A stretch of 64,000 nucleotides of DNA from Macrostomum hystrix (Eukaryota; Animalia; Platyhelminthes). Position numbers and translations under genes: made by a program. This document shows positions 11,901 through 24,300 of this stretch, piece after piece. The stretch covers positions 10,416,001 to 10,480,000 of the forward strand of contig CATNEN010000007.1 of NCBI GenBank assembly GCA_950097015.1. The letters run 5' to 3'. Position 1 is the stretch's first letter; the number at the start of each line of letters is the position of its first letter. A model generated the notes under the pieces. It was not told the origin of the DNA and did no database searches. It saw only the letters and a program-made list of their open reading frames with translations.

Positions 11901-14900
11901 AGATCAGGTGAGAATCTCATCATTCTCAAGGTCAGGGTGGGGCTCTCACCATTCTCAAGGTCAGGTGAGAATCTCACCATTCTCAAGGTCAGGTGAGAAT
12001 CTCACCATTCTCAAGGTCAGGGTGAGGCTCTCACCATTCTCAAGGTCAGGTGAGGCTCTCACCATTCTCAAGGTCAGGTGAGAATCTCATCATTCTCAAG
12101 GTCAGGGTGGGGCTCTCACCATTCTCAAGGTCAGGTGAGAATCTCACCATTCTCAAGGTCAGGTGAGAATCTCATCATTCTCAAGGTCAGGGTGGGGCTC
12201 TCACCATTCTCAAGGTCAGGTGAGAATCTCACCATTCTCAAGGTCAGGTGAGGCTCTCACCATTCTCAAGGTCAGGTGAGAATCTCACCATTATCAAGGT
12301 CAGGTGAGGCTCTCACCATTCTCAAGGTCAGGTGAGAATCTCACCATTCTCAAGGTCAGGTGAGGCTCTCACCATTCTCAAGGTCAGGTGAGAATCTCAC
12401 CATTATCAAGGTCAGGGTGGGGCTCTCACCATTCTCAAGGTCAGGTGAGAATCTCACCATTCTCAAGGTCAGGTGAGAATCTCACCATTCTCAAGGTCAG
12501 GGTGAGGCTCTCACCATTCTCAAGGTCAGGTGAGGCTCTCACCATTCTCAAGGTCAGGTGAGAATCTCATCATTCTCAAGGTCAGGGTGGGGCTCTCACC
12601 ATTCTCAAGGTCAGGTGAGAATCTCACCATTCTCAAGGTCAGGTGAGAATCTCATCATTCTCAAGGTCAGGGTGGGGCTCTCACCATTCTCAAGGTCAGG
12701 TGAGAATCTCACCATTCTCAAGGTCAGGTGAGGCTCTCACCATTCTCAAGGTCAGGTGAGAATCTCACCATTATCAAGGTCAGGTGAGGCTCTCACCATT
12801 CTCAAGGTCAGGTGAGAATCTCACCATTCTCAAGGTCAGGTGAGGCTCTCACCATTCTCAAGGTCAGGTGAGAATCTCACCATTATCAAGGTCAGGGTGG
12901 GGCTCTCACCATTCTCAAGATCAGGTGAGAATCTCATCATTCTCAAGGTCAGGGTGGGGCTCTCACCATTCTCAAGGTCAGGTGAGAATCTCACCATTCT
13001 CAAGGTCAGGTGAGGCTCTCACCATTCTCAAGGTCAGGTGAGAATCTCACCATTATCAAGGTCAGGTGAGGCTCTCACCATTCTCAAGGTCAGGTGAGAA
13101 TCTCACCATTCTCAAGGTCAGGTGAGAATCTCACCATTATCAAGGTCAGGGTGGGGCTCTCACCATTCTCAAGGTCAGGTGAGAATCTCACCATTCTCAA
13201 GGTCAGGTGAGAATCTCACCATTCTCAAGGTCAGGGTGAGGCTCTCACCATTCTCCAATAGACTTGGATCTGTCTATTGGCTATTGGAAAGCCAGGCAAG
13301 CCACAGCCCTCAGATCTCTGCTGATTGCTAGTCAAAAAGTACTAGGCTAAGCTGGCTTCTGCTTGCTCTGTTTAAAGCAATTGTCCCTGTTTGCCCGGTG
13401 GAAGGTTAACAGTGTCCGAGGCTTTGCTAGTGCGGAGAATGCGGGAACAGCTGGCTTGGCCAAGGCACAAACTGCCAGTGACCTGCTAGCCATGTAAGCC
13501 GTGGGAACTCGTGGGAGGCACTGGTGCTTGGGGGCTGCCAAGCGTGAAGGATCTGTCCCAGGCCGCTGTGGACCGAATCCAGTTCCGCACTCAACTCAGG
13601 GCGCGAATGAGACAGAGAGAGCGCCGAAGGATGGGATGTGGCACAGTTTCTCCGGCGCAGAAATTTCCCAAGTTTCCTTTCGCTTTGAGTAAAGTTTTCG
13701 GATTGCTCTTCGGTCTCCAGAATCAGGTTCAGTTTGGCTGGCGGCTGTGGAGCCACTGAAATGGGAGAAAGTTTTGAGGATTTGTACTTATACTGTCCGT
13801 TTGGCTGGAGTTTTACTGGCCCCATTGATTAGGCTGGCCAGACACCACCAGGTGCATCGCGACCTTCTGTTTCCTCTCCTCCTTCATCTTGCATGCTGTA
13901 TACTAGAAACTGGTTACCCTTCTCTACCTTTTCTGCGAAATGGGAGAGCGCATCTTAAAGATGGGATATTTATCACCGCAGTTCATTTTCTGCCTGGCCA
14001 TCTACCTGAGCAGTGTCTCATCCTTTAATGTGTGTTTTGGAGGCCTGGGATAGGGCGGAAGCACGGTGGGCCTAGAGCCCAAGCAAAGTTGGCTCGATTC
14101 TCTGTTCTATTTTTAGCTTCAGTGCGCGGCCAGCGTGCGCGTGCACTATTTGGCGGGGATCAGGCCACCGGCCCAGCTGCGCATGCTGCCTGCACTGCAT
14201 GAGATAAAATATACTCAGTGCGCTTCCGCATCAAGCAGAAAATCTGATAGTGCAAAATAGGGCATTTTCCTAATCCTTCGTGATTTCTCATTAAAAATCT
14301 CATATGCGCTTGAGTACACTTGAGTACGACTACCGACTGCTTTATTTGCCTACTCAGAATCCGTAGGTTATGACCATTGAGAATACGTAGGTTATGACCA
14401 TTGAGAATACGTAGGTTATGACCATTGAGAATACGTAGGTTATGACCATTGAGAATACGTAGGTTATGACCATTGAGAATACGTAGGTTATGACCATTGA
14501 GAATACGTAGGTTATGACCATTGAGAATACGTAGGTTATGACCATTGAGAATACGTAGGTTATGACCATTGAGAATACGTAGGTTATGACCATTGAGAAT
14601 CTGTTGGGTATGACCATTGAGAATCTGTTGGGTATGACTATTGAGAATCCGTAGGTTATGACCATTGAGAATCTGTTGGGTATGACCATTGAGAATCTGT
14701 TGGGTATGACCATTGAGAATCTGTTGGGTATGACCATTGAGAATCTGTTGGGTATGACCATTGAGAATCTGTTGGGTATGACCATTGAGAATCTGTTGGG
14801 TATGACCATTGAGAATCTGTTGGGTATGACCATTGAGAATCTGTAGGTTATGACCATTGAGAATCCGTAGGTTATGACCATTGAGAATCTGTAGGTTATG

Positions 14901-16517
14901 AACATTGAGAATCTGTAGGTTATGACCATTGAGAATCTGTAGGGTATGACCATTGAGAATCTGTAGGTTATGACCATTGAGAATCTGTAGGTTATGACCA
15001 TAGAGGTTATGACTGATAATATTGCATTTTCAAAGCGTTTTCAAAAGTGCCTTCTTCGCCTGCCTGCAGCCGCAGCTCATTGTCATCTCGTCTTGCGGCC
15101 TCAACGGAGTCGACGGACTGAAGGGCGAGGACGGCCGGGACGGCCACCCTGGCGAGGAGGGCATGCCGGCCTGTGTCGGTGAGTCTCATGTGTACTGCTC
15201 ATGTGAGTCCGTGAGCAGACCTGCATTGAAATGATTCTCCCCCCGGTGCTTTGAAATGATTCTTCCTCCGGTGCATTAAAATGATTCTCCCCCGGTGCAT
15301 TGAAATGATTCTCCCTCAGTGCATTGAAATGATTCTCCCCCGGTGCATTGAAATGATTCTCCCCCGGTGCATTGAAATGATTCTCCCCCGGTGCATTGAA
15401 ATGATTCTCCCCCGGTGCATTGAAATGATTCTCCCCCGGTGCATTGAAATGATTCTCCCCCGGTGCATTGAAATGATTCTCCCCCGGTGCATTAAAATGA
15501 TTCTCCCCCGGTGCATTGAAATGATTCTCCCCCGGTGCATTGAAATACTAATTAGTAATTTGATTTGTACTTCTGTTTATCCTTTGAATCTATTGGGCTC
15601 GGCTGACCGTAATGAGAAGACTGCGGCAATAAATAAATGCAATGATGCTTTGGGATGAGCCGAGCTCACAGATTTATCCCCTGGGATAGAAGTAGATTTT
15701 GCATTCGGAATAGATAAGGCCCGAGCCGCTATGGCCAGTTTTTATTAATGAATGGCGTGGATTAAAAATGGGGAAAAGGGAAGTGGCGGGAGGCGCCGGT
15801 GACTGACGGGCGCGGCCCGCTGACCTCCCGGGAGCTCCGAGCTGAGCTCTCGCCTCGGGGACCGCATAAAAATTTACAGCCCAAGCATTCAGTGACCGGG
15901 AGATAGATGGGGAGCCGCTAGGCCAGAATTCAACACTTCCCCGGGGCATTGCGACATTCTTCCTCCTGCCGTTCATTCGGTCAGTGCAGCCGGGATCCGC
16001 GATTTGGGAGGCTGGGATTGAGGCGGGCGTCAGAAGGAGCCACTTGGCTCGAGCACTTTCGCCCAGGCCAGGCCGCGGATTCCGAGTGCCCTCGTCGTTT
16101 CGTACTGGCTGCTCCGCCACTGCTGGCTGCGGGGTGGCTGCTCTGCGCACTTTTGTCTCTCCCATTCACAATGACGGGCGTTGGACATGGCATGGGCGGG
16201 CGGAGAGGCTCAGGCGCCAGCTTCGAGTCCGCCTATCCGCAGCTCGCTCAGCTCTGTCTGCCCTTGGCTTGGCTCAGCCAGGGCTCCGGGCTATCGATTG
16301 TAGACAACACGCGAGGAGGAGGCAATTTCGTCTACTCCCTCCATCTCTCATATTGGATTATCAGCCCCAGTTCCCAAGGCAGAATTCCCACGGGAGAGCA
16401 GACCAAAAAATAACTGATAAAGAAAGACCTGCCCAGCTTCACCGTTGATTTGTCCATAAATTCCTCACTGGAGGCCCCTTGCCCAATTTGCAATTTCATC
16501 ACTTCTGTAACTTTGTG

Positions 16518-16554
<37 letters not shown>

Positions 16555-19500
16555 TCTTCTCCACCATTGGCACCTCTTTGTTGTTTGCCGCCTTGATTAC
16601 ACACACACACATGCGCCCAATGTCCTGGGAGGGGCGGGTGGCTTGGCAGGCGGGCAGGTGTGAATTTCCTGGCATTTATCTCTACCAATCGGCTTATTTG
16701 ATGCGCATTTGTGCCACAATGTCTTCTCCTTTACCGCTGCCGCCTTGCTTCATTCTCAAGTCCGTTGCGCTCCCCACTCGCTGATCCCCACTTCCAGTCC
16801 CGGCATGCGCCTCGTTTCCCTTCGCGATCGCTGAGCTGCCGCCATCCATCAGTGCCGCCGCTGCTGCTGCTGAATTATTAATTTACTGCGCCTCTGTTTC
16901 CATCCCCCCTAGCGGGGCAGCCTAACTCGGGAATGCGAGGCGGCTGGCGAAGTCCTCGGTAACTTTCGCCCCCTTGAACTCCGGATGATACGAGTAATCC
17001 GCCCCCAGCAGGCACTCGATAGCAATGTTGTTGTGCTTATCTTTCTCCAACTTGACAACAATAGGCTTTACCAACTGGGGTGATTTCCCCAATTTTCCAT
17101 TGGGGAAGCGATTTGCCAAATGTGGGAATAATTTTACTGCTAAGGATGATATACCGATTGCGGTGAGAGGTTAGCCAACTTGAGGGATAATTTGGCAACT
17201 GGGGGGGGGTAATTCGGGGATTCGGGTATAATTTGCCAGCCTAGGGATAATTAGGCCAATTCGGGGATAATTTGCCAGCCTAGGGATAATTAGGCCAATT
17301 CGGGGATAATTTGCCAGCCAAAGGATCATTTCGCAACTGTAGGGATAATTTGCCAGCCTAGGGATAATTAGGCCAATTCGGGGATAATTTGCCAACCTGG
17401 GATAATTTCGCAACTGTAGGGATAATTTGCCAATCGCAGGGATAATTTTCCAACTGTTGTGATAATTTTATTACTGGAGCAATACTTTCCCAACTGAAGA
17501 GATAATTTGCCAATCAGGGGATAATTTGCCAACTGGAAGGATTAAGTAGCCTATAGAGAGGGGGTCAGTCGATTGTCTGTTAGATCTCACTTCTCTAATT
17601 CAGCTCATTTTTTTTAAATAATAACAGCTGGCGGTCGGGGCGAGGACGGCGGTCGTGGCGGCGATGGCGGCCGCGGCCTCAGTGGTGAAGACGGCGAGGC
17701 GGGCGAAGACGGGCACTCGTTTCACCTGCTGCTGTCCGGCAACCCGGCCTCGCTGCGCGTGTCTGGCGGCGGCCTGGAGGAGGACTGCGTGGACATGGGC
17801 CGCGAGGCCATCATCTTCGCCGACTTGCACGGCGGTCGGGGCGGCCGCGGCGGCGCTGGTGGCCACGGCGGACACGGCGGTCGCGGCGGTGGCGGCGGCC
17901 CCGGCGGACGCGGCGAAGAGAGCCGCTCCGGCGAAGGCGGCCGCGGCGGCGACGGCGGGTGCGGTGGCAACGGCGGAACGGTGAGCTGCTGTTTTATAGA
18001 GGCTCAGAGAATATTGCCTCGGAGCCAAGGGTGCCCGCAGCCAATTCACGGGTTCAGGGTGAGTCAGAAGGTCACGAGGACCTCGAACCGGCATAGCAAT
18101 GGTTCACAGTTCAGTTCAGTTTAGGGCTAGGTACTTTCAAGCTTTGCACCGCAGCAGCCAAAGCAGCCTCCTCAATTCCTGCGCTAACCTCAGAAAGAAT
18201 GCGAGCTATGCGGTCGCGGTGTGCTCTTTGTTCGTGCAGCCCGACTGAGGGGATCCCTTTGCGCTGAGTCACAGCGGAGCCTGACCCGCGCAGTAACTGA
18301 TGAGGCAATTATTATAAAAACACGGCTTGTCTTGCAATGGGAGAGAGATTAAGGTGGAGGGCGTGGTGGGCCGGCCAGTGATGGGTCGCGGTCATGTGTT
18401 ATTGTTGATTCAGATTATTGGCCGAACTGGCGGCAACCCACCAGAGTTCCATTGAATGATGTAGTCTAAGTTGCTACTTTTTTTCATTATCAGGCTACTG
18501 CCGGATAGTAGCGCGCTTTGATTCTTGACGTTTTTCATCTACGAACGTTGAAACTGCTGCCAAGGCAAAATTCCTGCGTAATCGGGTCGCAATTCTAATT
18601 TGCTTTCAGATCTAAAGTATGCAAAATGCTAAGGCTGACGATTCTAAGTAAACCAGAGGAGTAAACGGCGGGAGTAACCATAGCTTTATTTTCTTATTAA
18701 AATACTTCGTCATCTAATTTGTTGCGTGACGGCATTGATAGTGCGCTGGACGCAGTCCTCACAGATATCCCTAACTCCAGAGCTTACTCACAATAGGCGA
18801 CTGGCATAGAAGGATGCAAGCTGTGAATAAATGAAGCCGCAGGGGCAGCTGGAGATGGGTGGGGGAGACACAGGGCTTGAAGTCGATTGTCCTAGTCTAA
18901 GCTTTCACCATTGCCTGGACTAGTCCAAATGCCTAAATACTGCGGCCATTATGCTCTACAACAATGTAAATACTCCGTTCTGGGATATTTTGCCCACTGG
19001 CACTTGGGCATATCCCAGTGGATTTGCGCTCTGAGGTCTGGGGGAGAAAGCAGCGGCCCTTGTCAGGCGAAACACTAAACTGCCCCGAGTCCTGGCGCCC
19101 CCCCCAAGTGCTGTTCGTCAGTGGCAGATGGAGCTGGAAAAATGGCAGTCCGAGAGGAAATCGAACCTCTGTTTAGGAGGCGGGGAGCGTCTTCACAGCC
19201 CGCCACCGCCCCTGTTTTCTCCGCATGGGCTGATGATCCATGCCTGAACACCAGCCCGCCTCTCCGTCTCCGCATATCCCAACGAGTTTTCGCCGTCGGT
19301 GCACATCCCGCATCTTTATCCCCTCTGGCCTCGCAGTTTCCCTCTCTCTGCCCCAAGTGGGTGGCGCTGGAATGCCCCGACTGCCCCTGCCTGCCAGCTG
19401 CCTCTCTGGCTCGCCTTCGCTTCATCCGAGCCTGTCGCTCGATATTTCAGCCGCTGAGCCCCCGCCCTGCTGTCCCCCCCAATGGCAAGCGGTTTTACCT

Positions 19501-20206
19501 GGTTCATGCAGCGGCTTCGGAGTGCCGGCTCCAGCGCGCTGCCCCCGCTTATTGCGGCTGTCGGGTGCGTGTGGGGATTGGGGAGGGTTCCTGCACTCTC
19601 TGTCCCGTCCAGCGGCGCACCCCGCGCCCAAACCTCGGCAATTTATTGCAGGGCGCATTTCGTGCGCCAGCCCCAGCCCCGTCTCCACTTTTCTGTTTGG
19701 CCGCCAGGGGTTACTGCGGGGTATCTCCGGACCGGCGGAAATCGGCATCACAGCTTTATCGCTAACGGCGCAATGGCCACCAAGCTGCACCCGCAGTTTC
19801 AGCAGCATCACCAGCAGGCGCATCCACATCATCAGCACGACAAGACGGACAGCAACGTGGCCTCCTTCGGCGGCACCGTAACCACCACTGTGTCGGCCGC
19901 CGAGGGCTCCGGTCTGCGCTCCGTCGAGAAGAGCGCCGTGCTGACCGAGCAGCTCGGCAACCACCATCACCAGCAGCACCAGCTCCTGCTGCTCAGCGCC
20001 GGATCCGACGCCGCCTCCGGCGCCAGCAGCGGTGGCACCGGGGATTCCGGCAGCGTCGACGACGACGCCCTGTCTGCCGCCTCTGTCAGCAGCGGCGTCT
20101 CCACAGACTCGGCGGAGGTTCTCGAGCAGCGGCTTCTGCTTCAACGACAGCAGCTTCTGCTACAACAGCAGCAGCAACTCCAGCAACAGCTACTGCAGCA
20201 GCAACT

Positions 20207-20237
<31 letters not shown>

Positions 20238-21348
20238 AAGGAGCGGTTCGCCAGTCTGCTCACGGTTGAGCGGGGCCCGGAGACGTGGACGAGCCACGCT
20301 CACGTGACCTACCGATACCGCAGCGATAGACTTTACTACCTAGACAGCGCGAGCCGCCTACACGGCCCAATGGACCAGCGCGAGCTGTGCCAGGTGGCCT
20401 CTGTGCGCCGCCATGTCACTCGCGGCGGCAGCTTCAGCCAGCCGCCCGTGGCCACGCGCAGCCACCAGCGTACCTTGCACACCGTCCAAACTGCAGTCGC
20501 ACCACCAGCAGTCAACTCGAGCGGCTACGTCAGCAGCACCGGCGGAATCGGTGGTCTCGGCGCCCTGGACGATGGCATTTTGCTGCTGGAACGGCGCTTT
20601 ACCAGCAGCTCGCACAGCCAGCATCAGCAGCAGCAGCAGCCGCATCCGCTGCCTTATTCCCGAGTGCAAGTGAACCGCTACGATGACTTAGGCTCCGGGC
20701 CGGCGCCGATGCCGCGCTCCTATAGCCAGCAGCTGGACTATGGCGTCCACCGTCGTCAGCGCAGCCATCGCGAGCCCCAGCACCATGCCCAGCACCGCCA
20801 CCACCAGGAACAGCAGCATCAGCTGCAGTTCCGCGGCCGGCAGCACAGCAACCCGGGATTCGATGCGCGCCTCGAGCACCTGGAGCGGTCGCTTAAGGAC
20901 GCCATGGAGTCCATCCGGCGCCAGACGACCACCCAGAAGCGCCAGTCGCATCATCGGGCGCAGCCACAGAACGAGCAGCATCTGTACATCAGCAGCGAGC
21001 AGCAGGGCTCGGCGGAGATGAGCCGCCGCTTCAGCTCTGAGCCGCCGTTTGAGTTTCGGTACAGCCAGCGGACCATGACGCACGAGCCGCCGCAGGTAAC
21101 GGAGGAGGTCGAGACCACCACCCTCCAGCCCATCGGGCGTGGCATTCACGACCTGGGCAGCGGCACGCGGATTGTTGCCCCACAGATGCAGCAGCAGTTC
21201 AGCCTCACTGAGCAGCGGGGCACCGTCGGCCGGGTCAGCCGCCTGTCGGTCCGCCCGGGCCCGGCCGAGGCTGCCGCTCGCAGCCTCAGCGCCAACCGGA
21301 CCGCCACGCTTCGGGCCTCGACGCCCGTGTCGCCAAAGCCGCTGACCC

Positions 21349-21394
<46 letters not shown>

Positions 21395-24300
21395 CGGCTT
21401 TTCCAGGGGTCGCCACCAGTCGGCGAACACGCAGCAGCAGGAGTTCACCCAGGTGTACTGACTGACCTGAGCATCAACTGAGCAGATCGCTTTGGCTGAT
21501 AATCTGCCAGAGATGTCTGCCAGCCGGGCAATAGTTGCAATAGTTTAGTCCTGTTCAGACTGCAGACCGGCACTGATTTGCTTGCACAAATATAAGTATA
21601 TATAAATGCATAAACATTGTGCGCTTATACGCTGCCTGCCTAGCCGTGTGTTAACTTTAAAACAATTTTTATATTCTACTAATCGAAGCACAGCTGCTCC
21701 GTACTGGACATTTACGGTTCTACTTAGGTGTAACACTATTGCCATTTTGCCTACTGGCACCTCCCGCTCCGACCTGACTGCTGTTAGTTGCAATCTGGAA
21801 AACGAATAGACCATTTTAAATAATGTTAATTATAGCTGCCTACCTGTTGCACCTGCCTCGCCGCTTAGTGTGTTCTTTTTTTAAATAAAAATAAACAATA
21901 TAAATCAGCTCTGCTAGCGCCTGAAAACACAGCGATGAATGAAGGCCAACTGTGCTCACGCCTCACGCCTCCTGGGGGATCTTCTCTCTGGGTAATGATA
22001 ATAATGATAATAAAAATAATAATGCCAACTTCGCTGACTCCTGAGCACAGACGCACACAGGTGTGCACATCTGCCCTGACTTTCTCATCGTCAGGCAGTG
22101 TACACTTTCACTGTGCCTTGAAGGTTGGCCCTCTAGGGCGTAAATCCCAAGCCTTCTCTTCGCGGCTGCGCCCTAACTGAATGTGGCCCCACCGCAACTG
22201 CAGGGTGGCTCCGGCGGTTGCGGCGGCCGCGGCGGCTGCGGCGGCAACGGCGGTCGCCTGCTCATTACGGCAGACAATCCCTGCCTGCTCATGCTGGTGG
22301 AGGCCGACCTTCGCGGTGGCGACTCCGGCGCCGGTGGCGACCTCGGCCCGCCCGGCTCCGGCGGAATCGCCGGCGTTGGCGGCCGGCCCGGGTTTGGCGG
22401 CGGCGGAGGCGGCGTTGCTGGCCTCGGCGGCCGGGCGGATTCGGACGCCGATCTCGGCGGAGGCGGCGGTCGCCTGCGGCACGGCTGCCCCGGCTCGGCC
22501 GGCGTGCGCGGCCAGCCCGGCAAGGCGGGGTCGCCGGGCCTGCAGGGACAGGCCGGCCAGGCGGGCAAGCCGGGCTACGTGATCTGGTCCGTGATCGACC
22601 CGTCCACCGGGGAGGTCACCTGCCGGACCCAGCGTCGCTACGACGTGGTCGTTGAGCACTATGACGTGGCTTCGCTGTCGCAGGACCCGGAGTTCTTCTT
22701 CCCCAGCGCTCAGGTGGTGGTCACCAATGTCCGGCTGCGCAACCGAGGCGGCATGGCCCTGCCCTGCGGCGCCGTGCTGAGCTTCGCCTCCACTGACAAC
22801 TTGGCTATGCGCCGCTCCGAGACTTTCGTGCTGCCCAAGGTGAGCGAATGGGGTACACTGGGAGACTGGTAGTAGGAGTGAGCTGGGACGGAGTGTGGGT
22901 CAGAGGGTGGGTCATTGGGGTATGGGTCAGAGGGTGGGTCAGTGAGTGGGTGGGTCAGAGGGTGGGTCAGTGGGGTATGGGTCAGAGGGTCAGTGAGGGG
23001 TTTGTCAGAGGGCAGAACACTGGCCGCAGGTCAATAGCTATGAGGAGCCCGGGTGCGGCTATCTGAGTCTGAGAAAAGCCGGTAGCAGAATTGGGGCATA
23101 GCGCATTCAATGATGTGCATTCATGTTTAATTATTGTTTGCCGGACTCAGCTGCACTCTCATGCAGCAGGCCATTATCTGGGCCTGGATAACCGGCTTCT
23201 GCGCATGCGACTTTGGGGCACAGTCCTGTCCTGCGCACTTGGACTTTGGCCGCCTAACTGTGTCTAGCTTATTCTTGAATTTTATTTTTGGTGCAGCAGT
23301 AAGAAAAAAATACATTTTGTCCGGAGCTTCTGGCTCCGCTCACATTGTGCAGAGAAAACTGCCAGCCCAGTTTGTAGCTGAGTGTAGTTTGACTTGAGCC
23401 TAATTCTCCTGCTTGCATGCTTCAGGCTGTGGTTTTCGTGTCTATGATCCCAGTCTATGAGCTTATCGATGACAGCGGCTGAAGATTAGGGGAGTCTTAC
23501 GTTTTCTTAAGCATTTATCATTTCGGCTTCATGGCTGCTGGATATTTTCCAGCGTCTAAATCTGGCCACTTTCAACACCCCGACATTTTTTCTCAACCTC
23601 ATGCTTCTGACACCCTGACATTCCAAATCTAGCAACTTCTGACACCCTGACATTCCAAATCTAGCAACTTCTGACACCCTGACATTCCAAATCTAGCAAC
23701 TTCTGACACCCTGACATTCCAAATCTAGCAACTTCTGACACCTGACATTCCAAATCTAGCAACTTCTGACACCTGACATTCCAAATCTAGCAACTTCTGA
23801 CACCTGACATTCCAAATCTAGCAACTTCTGACACCCTGACATTCCAAATCTAGCAACTTCTTTCACACGACATTCCAAATCTAGCAACTTCTGACACACG
23901 ACATTCCAAATCTAGCAACTTCTGACACCCGATGCTCCGTCTCAACCCTAAGCTACAGACGTTACCCCCACCACCCGCAGCTGGAGCCCAACGAGCTGTA
24001 CACGGTGAACGCTCTGTTCCACGGCCGCCTGGCCGATGTGCCGACCCCAAACGAGCCGGTTCGGTACGAGGGCGAAGCTGAGATCCGGCCCACCGTCAGC
24101 CTGGTTGGCAGGCAATTCACAGGCGTGAGTGCTACCTGGCTTCACTGCTCGAATGCCTGGCAATTGTCCCTGCTCACCCAACCCTCCCCCCTACTCCAGG
24201 TGGGCTGCTCGCGCAAAGTCCGCATCCGGCACCCGGTCATCCTGTCCTCTGTCGGCCTGCCACCGCAGATGGGCCGGGGCGAGCAGTACTGCGTCAACAT

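Noticed and set aside
10587-15658. Repeat ORFs at 10587-11405, 14354-15001 and 15281-15658
   Set aside because: Periodic peptides that simply mirror minisatellite units.
13427-16900. Possible extra gene or promoter in introns 4-5 (ORFs 13427-13825 and 16332-16688)
   Set aside because: No domain similarity and no consistent splice chain; may be regulatory or UTR sequence, but unsupported.
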